Source of the DNA: Burkholderiales bacterium
Lineage (GTDB): Bacteria; Pseudomonadota; Gammaproteobacteria; Burkholderiales; Burkholderiaceae_C
DNA: 64,000 bases
NCBI GenBank assembly: GCA_038316815.1
Contig: JBBQAW010000001.1
Coordinates: 2,189 to 66,188 of the forward strand
Direction of reading: 5' to 3'
The position numbers were made by a program, and so were the translations under genes. Positions 44,321-54,135 of this stretch are shown piece by piece. Numbering within the stretch: position 1 is the first letter of the stretch; each line of letters opens with the position of its first letter. Below the pieces are notes generated by a model. It did no database searches. It worked only from the letters and a program-made list of their open reading frames with translations, and was not told where the DNA came from.

Positions 44321-44359
44321 TGTCTGCCAGCGCACCAAGTCCACGTGCGCTGTCGCACA
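44321..44359. promoter_or_regulatory. Back-to-back boxes TGTCTG-CCAG-CGCACC (44321-44336) and CGTGCG-CTGT-CGCACA (44344-44359) in the DUF4398/cgs divergent region
   Basis: Each ends in ACAGAC when read toward its own downstream gene. Confidence 0.6.
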
Positions 44360-44520
44360 GACGCAGAGCCTGCCGTGCGGAACCATCGCCATATGCGCTG
44401 GTCAGACCTTCGTGTCCATCGCGCTCTGCAGCCATTTCACCCACAGCACGCCGCCTGCCCGGGCGCCGCGCAAGCCCCATCGGAGTTGCCATGTACCCGC
44501 TTGCCCCACACAGTTCGCCC

Positions 44521-44757
44521 ATGATGAACACGACATCAACGCTTGGCGCTGCGCCCTCCTCGCCCTCGGTCTCGGTCTCGGCCAGAGACACAGCGCTGCT
44601 CCACCAGCATCTGTGCCATTGCATGGCGGCCTGCAAACGCAGCCACCAAGCGCGCGGTGCGCTTGAAGCCACACATGCCTTCCTCTCGCCACGTTTCGTA
44701 TCCACACTGCTTGGCCTGGTGGCCTTGCTGGCGCTGCTGGCCTGGGTAGCCGCCTGA
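44521..44757 (+). CDS. Small hypothetical membrane protein (78 aa) upstream of cgs
   Basis: His/Cys patch HQHLCHCMAAC, then HAFLSPRFVSTLL and one C-terminal TM helix; stops 13 bp before the cgs start. Confidence 0.5.
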   Translation: MMNTTSTLGAAPSSPSVSVSARDTALLHQHLCHCMAACKRSHQARGALEATHAFLSPRFVSTLLGLVALLALLAWVAA

Positions 44758-44770
44758 TGGCAGATGCGCG

Positions 44771-47700
44771 ATGAAGTGGTGGCCAGCGCGCACTGAAGCA
44801 TCGGCTGCCACAGTGGCCGCGGAATCTGAAGCCCTGGCGTTGCAGGACCGGGCGCGACAAGCCGTGCTGCTGGACCCGTCCAGGGGCGAACTGCAAGCGG
44901 CGCTGCGCTCAAACTTGCTGGGCGCAGCGGGTTTCGATCAGCTGGGGCGCGAGCTCGCAGCCGAACATGGCGTGCCTGCTGCGCCGAGCTGGGCCACGCC
45001 CTTTTTTCCGCGCATGCGCGAAAACATCGCGGTGCTGCACGAAGCCCATTGCGCCATCGCACAGCAGGAACGCCAAGGCCGCCATGTCAGCCCGGCTGGC
45101 GAATGGCTGCTCGACAACATTCATCTCGTGGTTGCGCAAACGCGTGAAGTGCACGACGGGCTGCCGCGTCGCTATTACCGCGGGCTGCCGGTGCTGGCGC
45201 AGGGGCCGCTGGCCGGCTTGCCGCGCGTTTACGCCATTGCCTGGTCATATGTGGCGCATGCCGACAGCGCCTTCGAACCTAAACTGCTGGTTGACTTTCT
45301 GGTCGCCTACCAGACCACGCATACGCTGACGCAGGGCGAGCTATGGGCCTTGCCGACCACCTTGCGCGTGGTACTGGTGGAGAACTTGCGGCGCTTGGCC
45401 GAACGCGTGGCCGCGGAAGAGGCGGCGCGCGAGGCGGCGCACGCCTTTTGCGATGGACTCGTCGGCGTCAAAGCGCTCGACTCGCCGACAGCGCTTGACG
45501 AAGTCAACCGGAAGACGCTGTTCGCGCAACTGCAACAGCGCGGCGTGCTGCGCGCATTTGCGCTGCAGGTGATGCAGCGCCTGAATGCTGACACGGCCAT
45601 CGGCAACGCGCGTGGCGTGCTGGCGCACCAGACCATTTGCGCGTCGCTGGCGGGCGCGTTGCCCGAGCCCGAGCCGGCGCTGGCGCAGGCGCAGCAGCAG
45701 GCCGATCAGACTGCCGACAACCAGAGCGTGGGCAATGCCATCCGTTCGCTGCAACTGCTGGGCAGCGCCGACTGGCGCGGGCTGATTGCACGCGCCAGCA
45801 AGTTGGTCATCAGCCTGATGTCCTGGCCGCCGTTTGCAGCCGAGCGCGACGACACCCAAGACGGCACCTTGCATGCCGTGGAACGCCTGGCGCAACGCAG
45901 CGGCTTGAGCGAAGCGGCTGTCGGACAGCAATTGCTGGCAATGGCGCGAACACCGCTGCCGGCAGATGCCACGGGCCACAGCCCGCCGCAACAAGCTTTG
46001 GGCTACTGGCTGCAGGGCGCCGGTGCTGCAGCCTTCAAGCGCAGCCTGGGCCTGCGCGTCTGGCCCGAAGCCTGGCGACCAAGAAAGCTGGCCGTGCCCT
46101 TGCTGCTGAGCGTGTTGGGCGGCGGCACGGCTCTGTTCACCTGGGCCTTCATGCGCACAGCCGGCGCGCCGCACCTGGAACCCGCCAGCCTGGCCTGGCT
46201 GGCCCTTGCACTATTGGCCGTCTGGCCGGCCAGCGAAGCCGTCAGCGCCACCATCAACCGCCTGGTCAGCGAATCGGTGCCGCCACAGCGCCTGCCGCGC
46301 CTGGCGCTGACAGATGGCATTCCGGCCGAGCACCGCGTGCTGGTGGTCCTGCCAGCACTTCTGACTGACAGCGCCACCATCGCCAAACTGGTGCAACGCA
46401 TGGAGCGCCACCACCTGGCCAACCGCGAGACCCACGCCCAGTTCGCCCTGCTCAGCGACTTCGCTGACGCCGACACCGAGCACACCGACACCGATGGGCC
46501 TTTGCTGGCCGAGGCCCTGGCCGCCATTGACGCCCTGCAGGCGCGGCAACAGCCAGCGACGGGCGCATCGCGACGCTTCCTGCTGCTGCACCGGCCGCGG
46601 CGCTGGTGCGAGACCGAACAACGCTGGATTGGCTGGGAACGCAAGCGCGGCAAGCTGGAAGCGCTGGTGGCCTTATTGGCGAGTGACGGCATGGCCGCTG
46701 CCCTTACACAAAACAGTTCGCAACACAGTTCGCAACACGGTTCGCAACACGGTTCGCAACACGGTTTGGACCTCAGTTCGGGCGCCAGTCCAGACACCAT
46801 CGACGCCCCCGCCTTCATCGACCTGGGGCCCAGTTCGCGCCCGGCCCCTGGCACGCCGTACATCGTGACGCTCGACAGCGACACCCTGCTGCCGCCCGGC
46901 GCACTGCGTGAACTGGTGGGCATTGCCGCGCATCCGCTGAACCAACCGCGCGTGCAGGCACAGCCGCTTCGCGTGGTGGCCGGCTACGGCATCCTGCAGC
47001 CGCGCATTGTTTCGGCCTGGCCTGAAGAAGCCAAGGCCGGCGGGCCCACACAGGCTGCCATACAAGGCGGGGCCACCGGCTTTCACCGCCTGTTTGCCGG
47101 CGCATCTGGCAGCGACCCCTACAACGCCGTGGCGAGCGAGGTGTACCAGGACCTGTTCGGCGAAGGCAGCTTCACCGGCAAGGGCTTGCTGCACGTCAGC
47201 GCGCTGCAGGCCGTGCTGGCGGCGCGGCTGCCGAACGGGCAAGTGCTGAGCCACGACCTCATCGAAGGCTGCATCGCCCGCTGCGGCAGCGTCAGCGACG
47301 TGGCGCTGATCGAGCCCGCACCCGCGCATGCCGATGTGGCTGCTGCACGCCACCACCGCTGGACTCGCGGCGACTGGCAACTGCTGCCGCTGCTGGCCCA
47401 CGGCCGGCGCTACGGCCTGCGCGCCATCGACCGCTGGAAGCTGATGGACAACCTGCGCCGTTCACTGGTAGCCCCGGCCTCGATGGCGCTGATGTTGGTG
47501 GCGCTGGCCGGCGGACCGGTGTCCCCCTGGGCTGTGCTGGCGCTGGCAGCGGTGGCTTTCGGCATCGGGCCGCTGATGGGCGCCGTGGCGGGCCTGGCGC
47601 CCAGCCGTGACGACCTGGCACTGCGGCATTTCGGCCGCCAGGCCGGGGCCGACCTGGCGCGGGCTGCGCTTGGCCTGGTGTGGCACCTGGCGCTGTGGTT

Positions 47701-50700
47701 GCGCCAGGCGGGGCTGATGGCCGACGCGATTTCGCGCGCGCTCTGGCGCAGCACAGTCAGCCGGCGTTCCCTGCTGCAGTGGACGACAGCGGCCGACGCC
47801 GAAGCCGCCGCCGCCCAAGGTCTGCCGGCGCTGCTGCGCGCCCATGGCAGCTTGAGCGTGCTGGCCCTGCTGCTGGGTGCCGCCTTGCTGGCCCTGGATG
47901 GTCCTGCGCCTGGTCTCAGCCTGGCCTTGTGTGCGCTGTGGGCAGGCACACCGCTGTGGATTGCCTGGGCCAACCGCAGCCCGCGCGTGGCCCCACCTTT
48001 GCCTGCCGCAGACCGCGACTACCTTCTGGACGTGGCACGCGACACCTGGAGCTGGTTCGAACTGCACGTAGGCCCCGAAAGTCAGCACCTGCCACCCGAC
48101 AACGTGCAGACCGTGCCGCACACGATGGTGGCGCAGCGCACCTCGCCCACCAACATCGGCCTGTACCTGCTGGCGCTGGCTTGCGCACGCGCTTTCGGTT
48201 GGGTCAGCACGGCGCAGATGGCCACGCGCCTGCAGGCCACGCTAGACACGCTGGACCGTCTGCCGCGCGAACGTGGCCACTTCATGAACTGGACCGACAC
48301 GCAGACGCTGCAAACGCTGGCGCCGGCCTATGTGTCGACGGTGGACAGCGGCAACCTTTGCGGCCATCTGCTGGCCGTGGCCGTGGCGTGTGACGAGGCT
48401 GGCGCCGAGGCGGGCGCCGAAGACCCCGCGCTGCACCTGCAGCTGGCAGCTCTGGCCACGCGCTGCCGCACGCTGGCCGAGGCGGCGGAATTCGGCTTTC
48501 TCTACGACCGGCGGCGGCGCCTGCTGCACATCGGCTGGCGCGTGAACGAACAAACCCTGGACGCCAGCCACTACGACCTGCTGGCCTCTGAATCACGTCT
48601 GGCCAGCCTGTGGGCCATTGCCAAGGGCGACTTGCCGGCAGCGCACTGGGCGGCACTGGGCCGGCCCTTCCAGGCCGCCGGCCGCGAAGTGGGCCTGCGT
48701 TCGTGGTCGGGCTCGATGTTCGAATACCTGATGCCGGCACTGGTGCTGGACGAACCCAGGGCCAGCGTGCTGGGCCGGGCCGGGCACATGGCGGTGCACG
48801 AGCAACGCGCCTTCGCCAGCCGCCTGGGCCTGCCGTGGGGTGTCAGCGAATCGGCCTATGCCGGGACCGACCGCACGCTGGCCTATCAGTACGCACCGCA
48901 AGGCGTGCCCGATCTGGCCCTGCGCAGCACGCCGCCCGACGAACACGTCGTGGCACCCTATGCCACGCTGCTGGCGGCCTTGCTGGTGCCGCGCGCCGCG
49001 GTCCTAAACCTCCGGCGCCTGCAGCACCTGAACGCGCGTGGACCCCTGGGCTTCATCGAGGCGCTGGACTACACCGCCAGCCGTCAACCCGAACCCGCGG
49101 CGCATGCGTCTGGCTACGTGCTGGTCAACACCGGCATGGCGCATCACCAGGGCATGGGCTTGGTGGCGCTCGCCGACGTGCTGCTGCAAGGCCAGCCGCG
49201 ACGCTGGGCGATGGCCGATGCCCGGCTGGCCGCCATGGCCACGCTCTTGCAAGAGCGTGTGCCGCGCGAGGTGGCCCGCATGCGCGAACCCGCGCCAGCC
49301 ATTGCCAGGGGACACGCCGCCGGAGGCGTCGTGCGGCCACCGCGCGAAGTGCAGCCCGGCGCGCACGCGTTGCAACGCACACAGATGCTGTCCAACGGCC
49401 GCTACCGCGTGGCGCTGCGTGCCAATGGCGCCGGCTTCAGCCGGCTGGGCAATGTCGACATCACGCGCTGGCGCGACGACGCCCTGCGCGACGCAGACGG
49501 CAGCTTCATCTACCTGCGCCGGCCGGGCCGTAGCGAATTGGTTTCGCTGACCCAGCACCCAGCGCCCGACCCTGTCGCGCATTACGCCGCCTTCTTCCAC
49601 GCCGACCGCGTGTGCCTGACCGCCACCTGGGTCGAGCTGCGCACACGCATCACAGTCTGGGTGAGCCCGGAAGACGACATCGAGTTGCGGCGCGTCGAGT
49701 TGTGGAACACCTCGTCCGTGCCACTGGAACTGGAACTGGTCTCGGCCTGGGAGGCCAGCCTGTCAACAGCCCTGGCCGACGAGATGCATCCGGCCTTCGC
49801 CAACCTCTTCGTCAGTGCCGACTGGGACCCGGAGCAGCGCGCGCTTTTCCTGGCGCGGCAACCGCGGCGAGAACATGAAGCGGCCCTGCACGCCGTGCAC
49901 TTCATGGCGCAGGCCAGCGCCGGGGTGTCGATGCCACAGCCCTGCGCCGACCGCGCGCAATGGCGCGGTCGTCTGCGCGGCGCCTGGCAGCCGCTGGCGC
50001 AGTTCGACGCTGCACCGGTGGCCGCCGGACCCTGCGCGACCGGGCTGGACCCGGTGGCTGCGCTGTCCATGCGGCTGACCGTGCCCGCGCACGGCGCGGT
50101 GCAGTTCACCCTGGCCACGGCAGCGGCACCCGAGCGTGCAACGCTGCAGGCGCTGGTGGACCGCTACGGCCGCGGCGTCAGCCTGGCGCGTTCTTCCGAA
50201 TTGAGCGCCACGCTCGCCACGCTGCGCCAGCGCGACATTCATCTGGCCCCCGACGAGTTGCTGGCCGTGCAGACGCTGACCACGCTGCTGCTGCTGCTGC
50301 ATGCACGCCCGGCACCGCAGGACAGGGGCGCAAGAAACGGGCCGCTGGGCGACCCGCGAAGCGACCTACGAAGCGACCCACTAAACGACCCGCAATTCAA
50401 CTCGCCAGCTGAACCGCTTGGCGACCGTCGCGCCCTGTGGCGCCTGGGCTTGTCGGGCGACCGGCCACTCATCGTCGTGACGGTCTCGGCCCTGCATGGC
50501 CTGCGGTTGATTCGTGTTTTGTTGCGCGGGCTGCTGCACTGGACCTGGGGCGGCGTGGCGTGCGACCTGGTGCTGATCAATGACGAGCCCAGTTCCTACC
50601 TGCTGCCACTGCACTCGGAATTGACGGCGCTGCGCGAGCGCCACGCCATCGACGCCGGTTCAGGCGGCACGGGCGCTCTGTTCGTGCTGCAGTCGGCCGA

Positions 50701-53635
50701 TCTCAGCAGTGCTGAACAAGCCACCCTGGCGCTGCTGGCGCGCGTACGCTTGAACGCCGACGGCCGGCCACTGACCCACCACGTGGCCGACCTGGTGGCC
50801 TGGCATGACGCAGCGCAGGCGCTGCGCGACAAGCAGGACAGCACGGTCGTGGGCGTGCACGCGGACCACTCTCCACTCCGGCTGGCTGGCGCCATGACGG
50901 GCAGTGCCGCGGCCGCCTCCGCAGTCGCGACGCGCTTCGACCCGGTCGACGGCCACTGCAGCTTCGACGTCAGCACAGCCCAACCCACGCCGCGCCCCTG
51001 GGTCAACGTCTTGGCCAACGTCAGCTTCGGCAGCCTGGTTTCTGAATCGGGTGCGGCCTGCACCTGGGCCGGCAACAGCCGCCTGCACCAGCTGACTGCC
51101 TGGAGCAACGACCCGCTGGCCGACAACACCGGCGAGACCATGCTGCTGCAAGACCTGCAAACGCGCGAGACCTGGTGCCTGGGCATCGGCCCGGGCAGCG
51201 CGCCAGCGGTGTGCCATGTCGAACACGCGCCCGGGCAAACGACGCTGCGCCAGCGCTGGGGCGACATCGAAGCGGTGACCACGTGGTGCGTCGATGCCGA
51301 ATTTGCTGTGAAGCGGGTGCAGGTCCATCTGCACAACCACGGCCTGGCGGCGCGCCGCCTGCGCGTCGTGGCACTGCTGGAATGGCTGCTGGGCGCCGTG
51401 CGTGTCGACCGGCAATCACTGCGCACGGAATGGGCGTCGCAAGGCGGCAGCGCTGCCGTGGTCCGCATGGACGTGCTGCTGGCCACGCAGCTGGACCACC
51501 ACGACGGCGCCGGTGGCCAGACCGCGTTCGCTGGCGTGCGGCGCGACGACACCGTCCACGCCAGCCAGACTAGCCAGACCAGCCAGACCAGCCACACCAC
51601 AGACCCGGTTTTCAGCGACTGGACCTGCGATCGGCGCGAGTTCTTCGACACACGCGGCCGCCGCGTTCTGCCCAACCCACTGGGGCAGAAAGCGGGGATC
51701 GGTGACGACCCTTGCGCGGCGCTGGGTACGACGCTGAACCTGCCAGCGGGTTCGGCTTCGGGCTGCACCTTCGTCATCGGACACGGGGCCAGCCGCGCTG
51801 CTGCCCTGGCTTTGGCAGCGCAAACCTTGCCCGCCGCCGCCAGCGAAGCGGCGACGGCCTGCCAACGTGAACGTGAACAGCTTCTGGATGCCGTCAGCGT
51901 GACCACGCCCGACCCTTTGTTCGACGCCCTGGTCAACCACTGGCTGCTGAACCAGGTCACGGCATGCCGCCTGTGGGGTCGCGCGGGCTTTTATCAGGCC
52001 GGCGGCGCCTACGGCTTTCGCGATCAGTTGCAAGACACGATGGCCCTGGTCACGACGGCCCCGCAACTGCTGCGCGAACACCTGCTGCGCGCTGCTGCGC
52101 GCCAGTTCGTGGAAGGCGATGTGCAGCACTGGTGGCACCCGCACAGCGGTGCGGGCGTGCGCACGCGCTTCAGCGACGACCTGCTGTGGTTGCCGTACGC
52201 AGCGCTGCATTACGTGCAGGGCACTGACGACGCTGCGGTCTATGACGAAGTGCTGCCCTTCATCGAAGGCGAACCCGTGCCCGAAGGCGCAGAAGACCTG
52301 TACACCGTGCCGCGCATCAGCACGCAAACGGCCACGCTCTACGAACACTGCGCGCGCACGCTGGACTGCAGCCTGGCCGTTGGCAGCCACGGCCTGCCGC
52401 TGATGGGCGGCGGCGACTGGAACGACGGCATGAACCTGGTCGGGCGCGAAGGTCGGGGCGAATCGGTCTGGCTGGCCTGGTTCCTGTGCCGGCTGGTGCG
52501 CGACTTCGCACCCGTGGCGCTGGCACGCGGCGACACGGCACGCGCCGCGCGCTGGCAGGCCGCCGCTCAGGGCTGGCAGCAGGCGCTGCAGGGGCCGGGC
52601 TGGGACGGTGCCTGGTACCGCAGGGCGTTTTTCGACGACGGCACGCCGCTGGGCGCGGCAGCCAATACCGAATGCCGCATCGACCTGATTGCACAGGCCT
52701 GGAGCGTGCTGTCGGGCGCGGCGCCGCTGGACAGGCAGCGCATGGCGATGGCTTCAGCGACGCAGTGGCTGATCGATCCTTCGGTTGGTGATGTTGAACG
52801 TGGTGTTGGAAATGGTGTTGAACGTGGCGTCGAACGTGGCGTTGATGGTGGCGTCGTTGTTGGCGCTGAGACTGCCCCTGCGGCCCAGATTGCCGACAAG
52901 GCAACCCCCGCTGACTGGGGCCTGATGCGCCTGCTGGACCCGCCGCTGGCCCATGCGAAACCGTCGGCCGGCTACATCCAGGCCTATCCGCCTGGCGTGC
53001 GCGAAAACGGCGGCCAGTACAACCATGGCGGGGCGTGGGCCATCATGGCCCTGGCTGAACTTGGGCAGGCCGATGCAGCCTGGCGCAGCTGGGTGGCGCT
53101 GAGCCCGGCCCACCGCGCCGCGCACCCGCACCACGGCCCCTGCTACGGCCTGGAACCCTACGCCGCGGCGGCAGACGTCTACAGCCAGCCACCCTATGCC
53201 GGCCGTGGTGGCTGGAGTTGGTACACCGGCACGGCAGGACTGCTGCACCGCGCCGCCGTGGGCTGGATTTGCGGCCTGCAGGTGCAAGGCGGCCGCGTGC
53301 GGCTGCGGCCTTCAATGCCCAGCCATTGGCCGGCGCTGCAGATCAACTTGCGCCGAGCCGGCCGCACGCACCGCTTCAGCGTCTGCGCGGTGGGTGCACA
53401 GGCCGAGATCGACACCGCGTTGGCGCAAGGCGCCCAGGTGTTGCACAGGGGGGCATGGCTGGCGCTGGCACAAGCCGGCGACGCCAGCCACCACCTTGTG
53501 ATCTGTGCGCCGGGCGGGCCCCTTCCGGGTGTTTTTGACACCGAAGGAGCAAAACATGAGCTGGCAACGAATCGAAGGTCAGTGGCACCAGGGCAAGGGT
53601 CGCGCCCGCGAGCAGTGGGGCAAGTTGACAGATAA
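44771..53635 (+). CDS. ndvB: Cyclic beta-1,2-glucan synthase (Cgs/NdvB/ChvB; GT84 plus cyclisation plus GH94 domains)
   Basis: 2954 aa; EWLLDN, GWERKRGKL, TLDSDT, YQDLFGEGSFTGKG, SHDLIEG, RWTRGDWQ, RTSPTNIG, SWSGSMFEYLMP, YQAGGAYGFRDQLQD, GDWNDGMN and YPPGVRENGGQYNH. Confidence 0.93.
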   Translation: MKWWPARTEASAATVAAESEALALQDRARQAVLLDPSRGELQAALRSNLLGAAGFDQLGRELAAEHGVPAAPSWATPFFPRMRENIAVLHEAHCAIAQQERQGRHVSPAGEWLLDNIHLVVAQTREVHDGLPRRYYRGLPVLAQGPLAGLPRVYAIAWSYVAHADSAFEPKLLVDFLVAYQTTHTLTQGELWALPTTLRVVLVENLRRLAERVAAEEAAREAAHAFCDGLVGVKALDSPTALDEVNRKTLFAQLQQRGVLRAFALQVMQRLNADTAIGNARGVLAHQTICASLAGALPEPEPALAQAQQQADQTADNQSVGNAIRSLQLLGSADWRGLIARASKLVISLMSWPPFAAERDDTQDGTLHAVERLAQRSGLSEAAVGQQLLAMARTPLPADATGHSPPQQALGYWLQGAGAAAFKRSLGLRVWPEAWRPRKLAVPLLLSVLGGGTALFTWAFMRTAGAPHLEPASLAWLALALLAVWPASEAVSATINRLVSESVPPQRLPRLALTDGIPAEHRVLVVLPALLTDSATIAKLVQRMERHHLANRETHAQFALLSDFADADTEHTDTDGPLLAEALAAIDALQARQQPATGASRRFLLLHRPRRWCETEQRWIGWERKRGKLEALVALLASDGMAAALTQNSSQHSSQHGSQHGSQHGLDLSSGASPDTIDAPAFIDLGPSSRPAPGTPYIVTLDSDTLLPPGALRELVGIAAHPLNQPRVQAQPLRVVAGYGILQPRIVSAWPEEAKAGGPTQAAIQGGATGFHRLFAGASGSDPYNAVASEVYQDLFGEGSFTGKGLLHVSALQAVLAARLPNGQVLSHDLIEGCIARCGSVSDVALIEPAPAHADVAAARHHRWTRGDWQLLPLLAHGRRYGLRAIDRWKLMDNLRRSLVAPASMALMLVALAGGPVSPWAVLALAAVAFGIGPLMGAVAGLAPSRDDLALRHFGRQAGADLARAALGLVWHLALWLRQAGLMADAISRALWRSTVSRRSLLQWTTAADAEAAAAQGLPALLRAHGSLSVLALLLGAALLALDGPAPGLSLALCALWAGTPLWIAWANRSPRVAPPLPAADRDYLLDVARDTWSWFELHVGPESQHLPPDNVQTVPHTMVAQRTSPTNIGLYLLALACARAFGWVSTAQMATRLQATLDTLDRLPRERGHFMNWTDTQTLQTLAPAYVSTVDSGNLCGHLLAVAVACDEAGAEAGAEDPALHLQLAALATRCRTLAEAAEFGFLYDRRRRLLHIGWRVNEQTLDASHYDLLASESRLASLWAIAKGDLPAAHWAALGRPFQAAGREVGLRSWSGSMFEYLMPALVLDEPRASVLGRAGHMAVHEQRAFASRLGLPWGVSESAYAGTDRTLAYQYAPQGVPDLALRSTPPDEHVVAPYATLLAALLVPRAAVLNLRRLQHLNARGPLGFIEALDYTASRQPEPAAHASGYVLVNTGMAHHQGMGLVALADVLLQGQPRRWAMADARLAAMATLLQERVPREVARMREPAPAIARGHAAGGVVRPPREVQPGAHALQRTQMLSNGRYRVALRANGAGFSRLGNVDITRWRDDALRDADGSFIYLRRPGRSELVSLTQHPAPDPVAHYAAFFHADRVCLTATWVELRTRITVWVSPEDDIELRRVELWNTSSVPLELELVSAWEASLSTALADEMHPAFANLFVSADWDPEQRALFLARQPRREHEAALHAVHFMAQASAGVSMPQPCADRAQWRGRLRGAWQPLAQFDAAPVAAGPCATGLDPVAALSMRLTVPAHGAVQFTLATAAAPERATLQALVDRYGRGVSLARSSELSATLATLRQRDIHLAPDELLAVQTLTTLLLLLHARPAPQDRGARNGPLGDPRSDLRSDPLNDPQFNSPAEPLGDRRALWRLGLSGDRPLIVVTVSALHGLRLIRVLLRGLLHWTWGGVACDLVLINDEPSSYLLPLHSELTALRERHAIDAGSGGTGALFVLQSADLSSAEQATLALLARVRLNADGRPLTHHVADLVAWHDAAQALRDKQDSTVVGVHADHSPLRLAGAMTGSAAAASAVATRFDPVDGHCSFDVSTAQPTPRPWVNVLANVSFGSLVSESGAACTWAGNSRLHQLTAWSNDPLADNTGETMLLQDLQTRETWCLGIGPGSAPAVCHVEHAPGQTTLRQRWGDIEAVTTWCVDAEFAVKRVQVHLHNHGLAARRLRVVALLEWLLGAVRVDRQSLRTEWASQGGSAAVVRMDVLLATQLDHHDGAGGQTAFAGVRRDDTVHASQTSQTSQTSHTTDPVFSDWTCDRREFFDTRGRRVLPNPLGQKAGIGDDPCAALGTTLNLPAGSASGCTFVIGHGASRAAALALAAQTLPAAASEAATACQREREQLLDAVSVTTPDPLFDALVNHWLLNQVTACRLWGRAGFYQAGGAYGFRDQLQDTMALVTTAPQLLREHLLRAAARQFVEGDVQHWWHPHSGAGVRTRFSDDLLWLPYAALHYVQGTDDAAVYDEVLPFIEGEPVPEGAEDLYTVPRISTQTATLYEHCARTLDCSLAVGSHGLPLMGGGDWNDGMNLVGREGRGESVWLAWFLCRLVRDFAPVALARGDTARAARWQAAAQGWQQALQGPGWDGAWYRRAFFDDGTPLGAAANTECRIDLIAQAWSVLSGAAPLDRQRMAMASATQWLIDPSVGDVERGVGNGVERGVERGVDGGVVVGAETAPAAQIADKATPADWGLMRLLDPPLAHAKPSAGYIQAYPPGVRENGGQYNHGGAWAIMALAELGQADAAWRSWVALSPAHRAAHPHHGPCYGLEPYAAAADVYSQPPYAGRGGWSWYTGTAGLLHRAAVGWICGLQVQGGRVRLRPSMPSHWPALQINLRRAGRTHRFSVCAVGAQAEIDTALAQGAQVLHRGAWLALAQAGDASHHLVICAPGGPLPGVFDTEGAKHELATNRRSVAPGQGSRPRAVGQVDR

Positions 53636-53726
53636 CGATGTCGACATCGTGGCCAGCAGGGGCGATCAACTGGCTGGCAAGATTCAAGAGCGTTACTGCT
53701 TCGCCAAGGACGAGGCAACGCAATAG
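53556..53726 (+). CDS. CsbD family stress protein, probably slightly truncated by a nonsense codon
   Basis: AAGGAG RBS; MSWQRIEGQWHQGKGRAREQWGKLTDND...GKIQERY..AKDEA; TAG is followed by VSTW, which resembles the usual tail. Confidence 0.8.
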   Translation: MSWQRIEGQWHQGKGRAREQWGKLTDNDVDIVASRGDQLAGKIQERYCFAKDEATQ

Positions 53727-53938
53727 GTCAGCACTTGGCTGCACCGTGCGGGGTTGACCAGCCGCGTACCGACTTTGTTCAGGCCCGGGATGTCCGCGAC
53801 CGTGAACTGAGCACCCGGCGACGCAAAACTGTGGTGCCTAAAAGGCTGCGCGTTCAGGCCGGAGCCCGAGCCGGAATCCATTAAGCAGAACACTTACCGG
53901 CCAAGCAGATCTGCCGATGAAGTCTGCCGAGGAAATTT

Positions 53939-54015
53939 TGGGGTGACTGATGGGGCTCGAACCCACGACAACCAGAATCACAATCTGGGACTCTACCAAC
54001 TGAGCTACAGCCACC
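53939..54015 (-). tRNA. tRNA-His (GUG)
   Basis: GGTGGCTGTAGCTCAGTTGGTAGAGTCCCAGATTGTGATTCTGGTTGTCGTGGGTTCGAGCCCCATCAGTCACCCCA, with G-1 and encoded CCA. Confidence 0.97.
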
Positions 54016-54050
54016 GCTGAACTGAAAATTATAGCGCGCCAGCCTTTAAC

Positions 54051-54105
54051 GACCTGCTGTAGCTCGGCCTGCTGTAGCTCGGCCTGCTGTAGCTCGACCT
54101 GCTGT
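54051..54105. repeat. 15-bp tandem repeat CCTGCTGTAGCTCGG (about 3.5 units)
   Basis: Read directly from the sequence. Confidence 0.85.
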
Positions 54106-54135
54106 GGATCCACCCGCTGTCCAGCGACCCGACAT

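Noticed and set aside
43704-45062. 452-aa ORF as a single protein
   Set aside because: Only the last 129 codons look like a lipoprotein with its own RBS; the rest crosses a promoter region and the opposite-strand cgs start.
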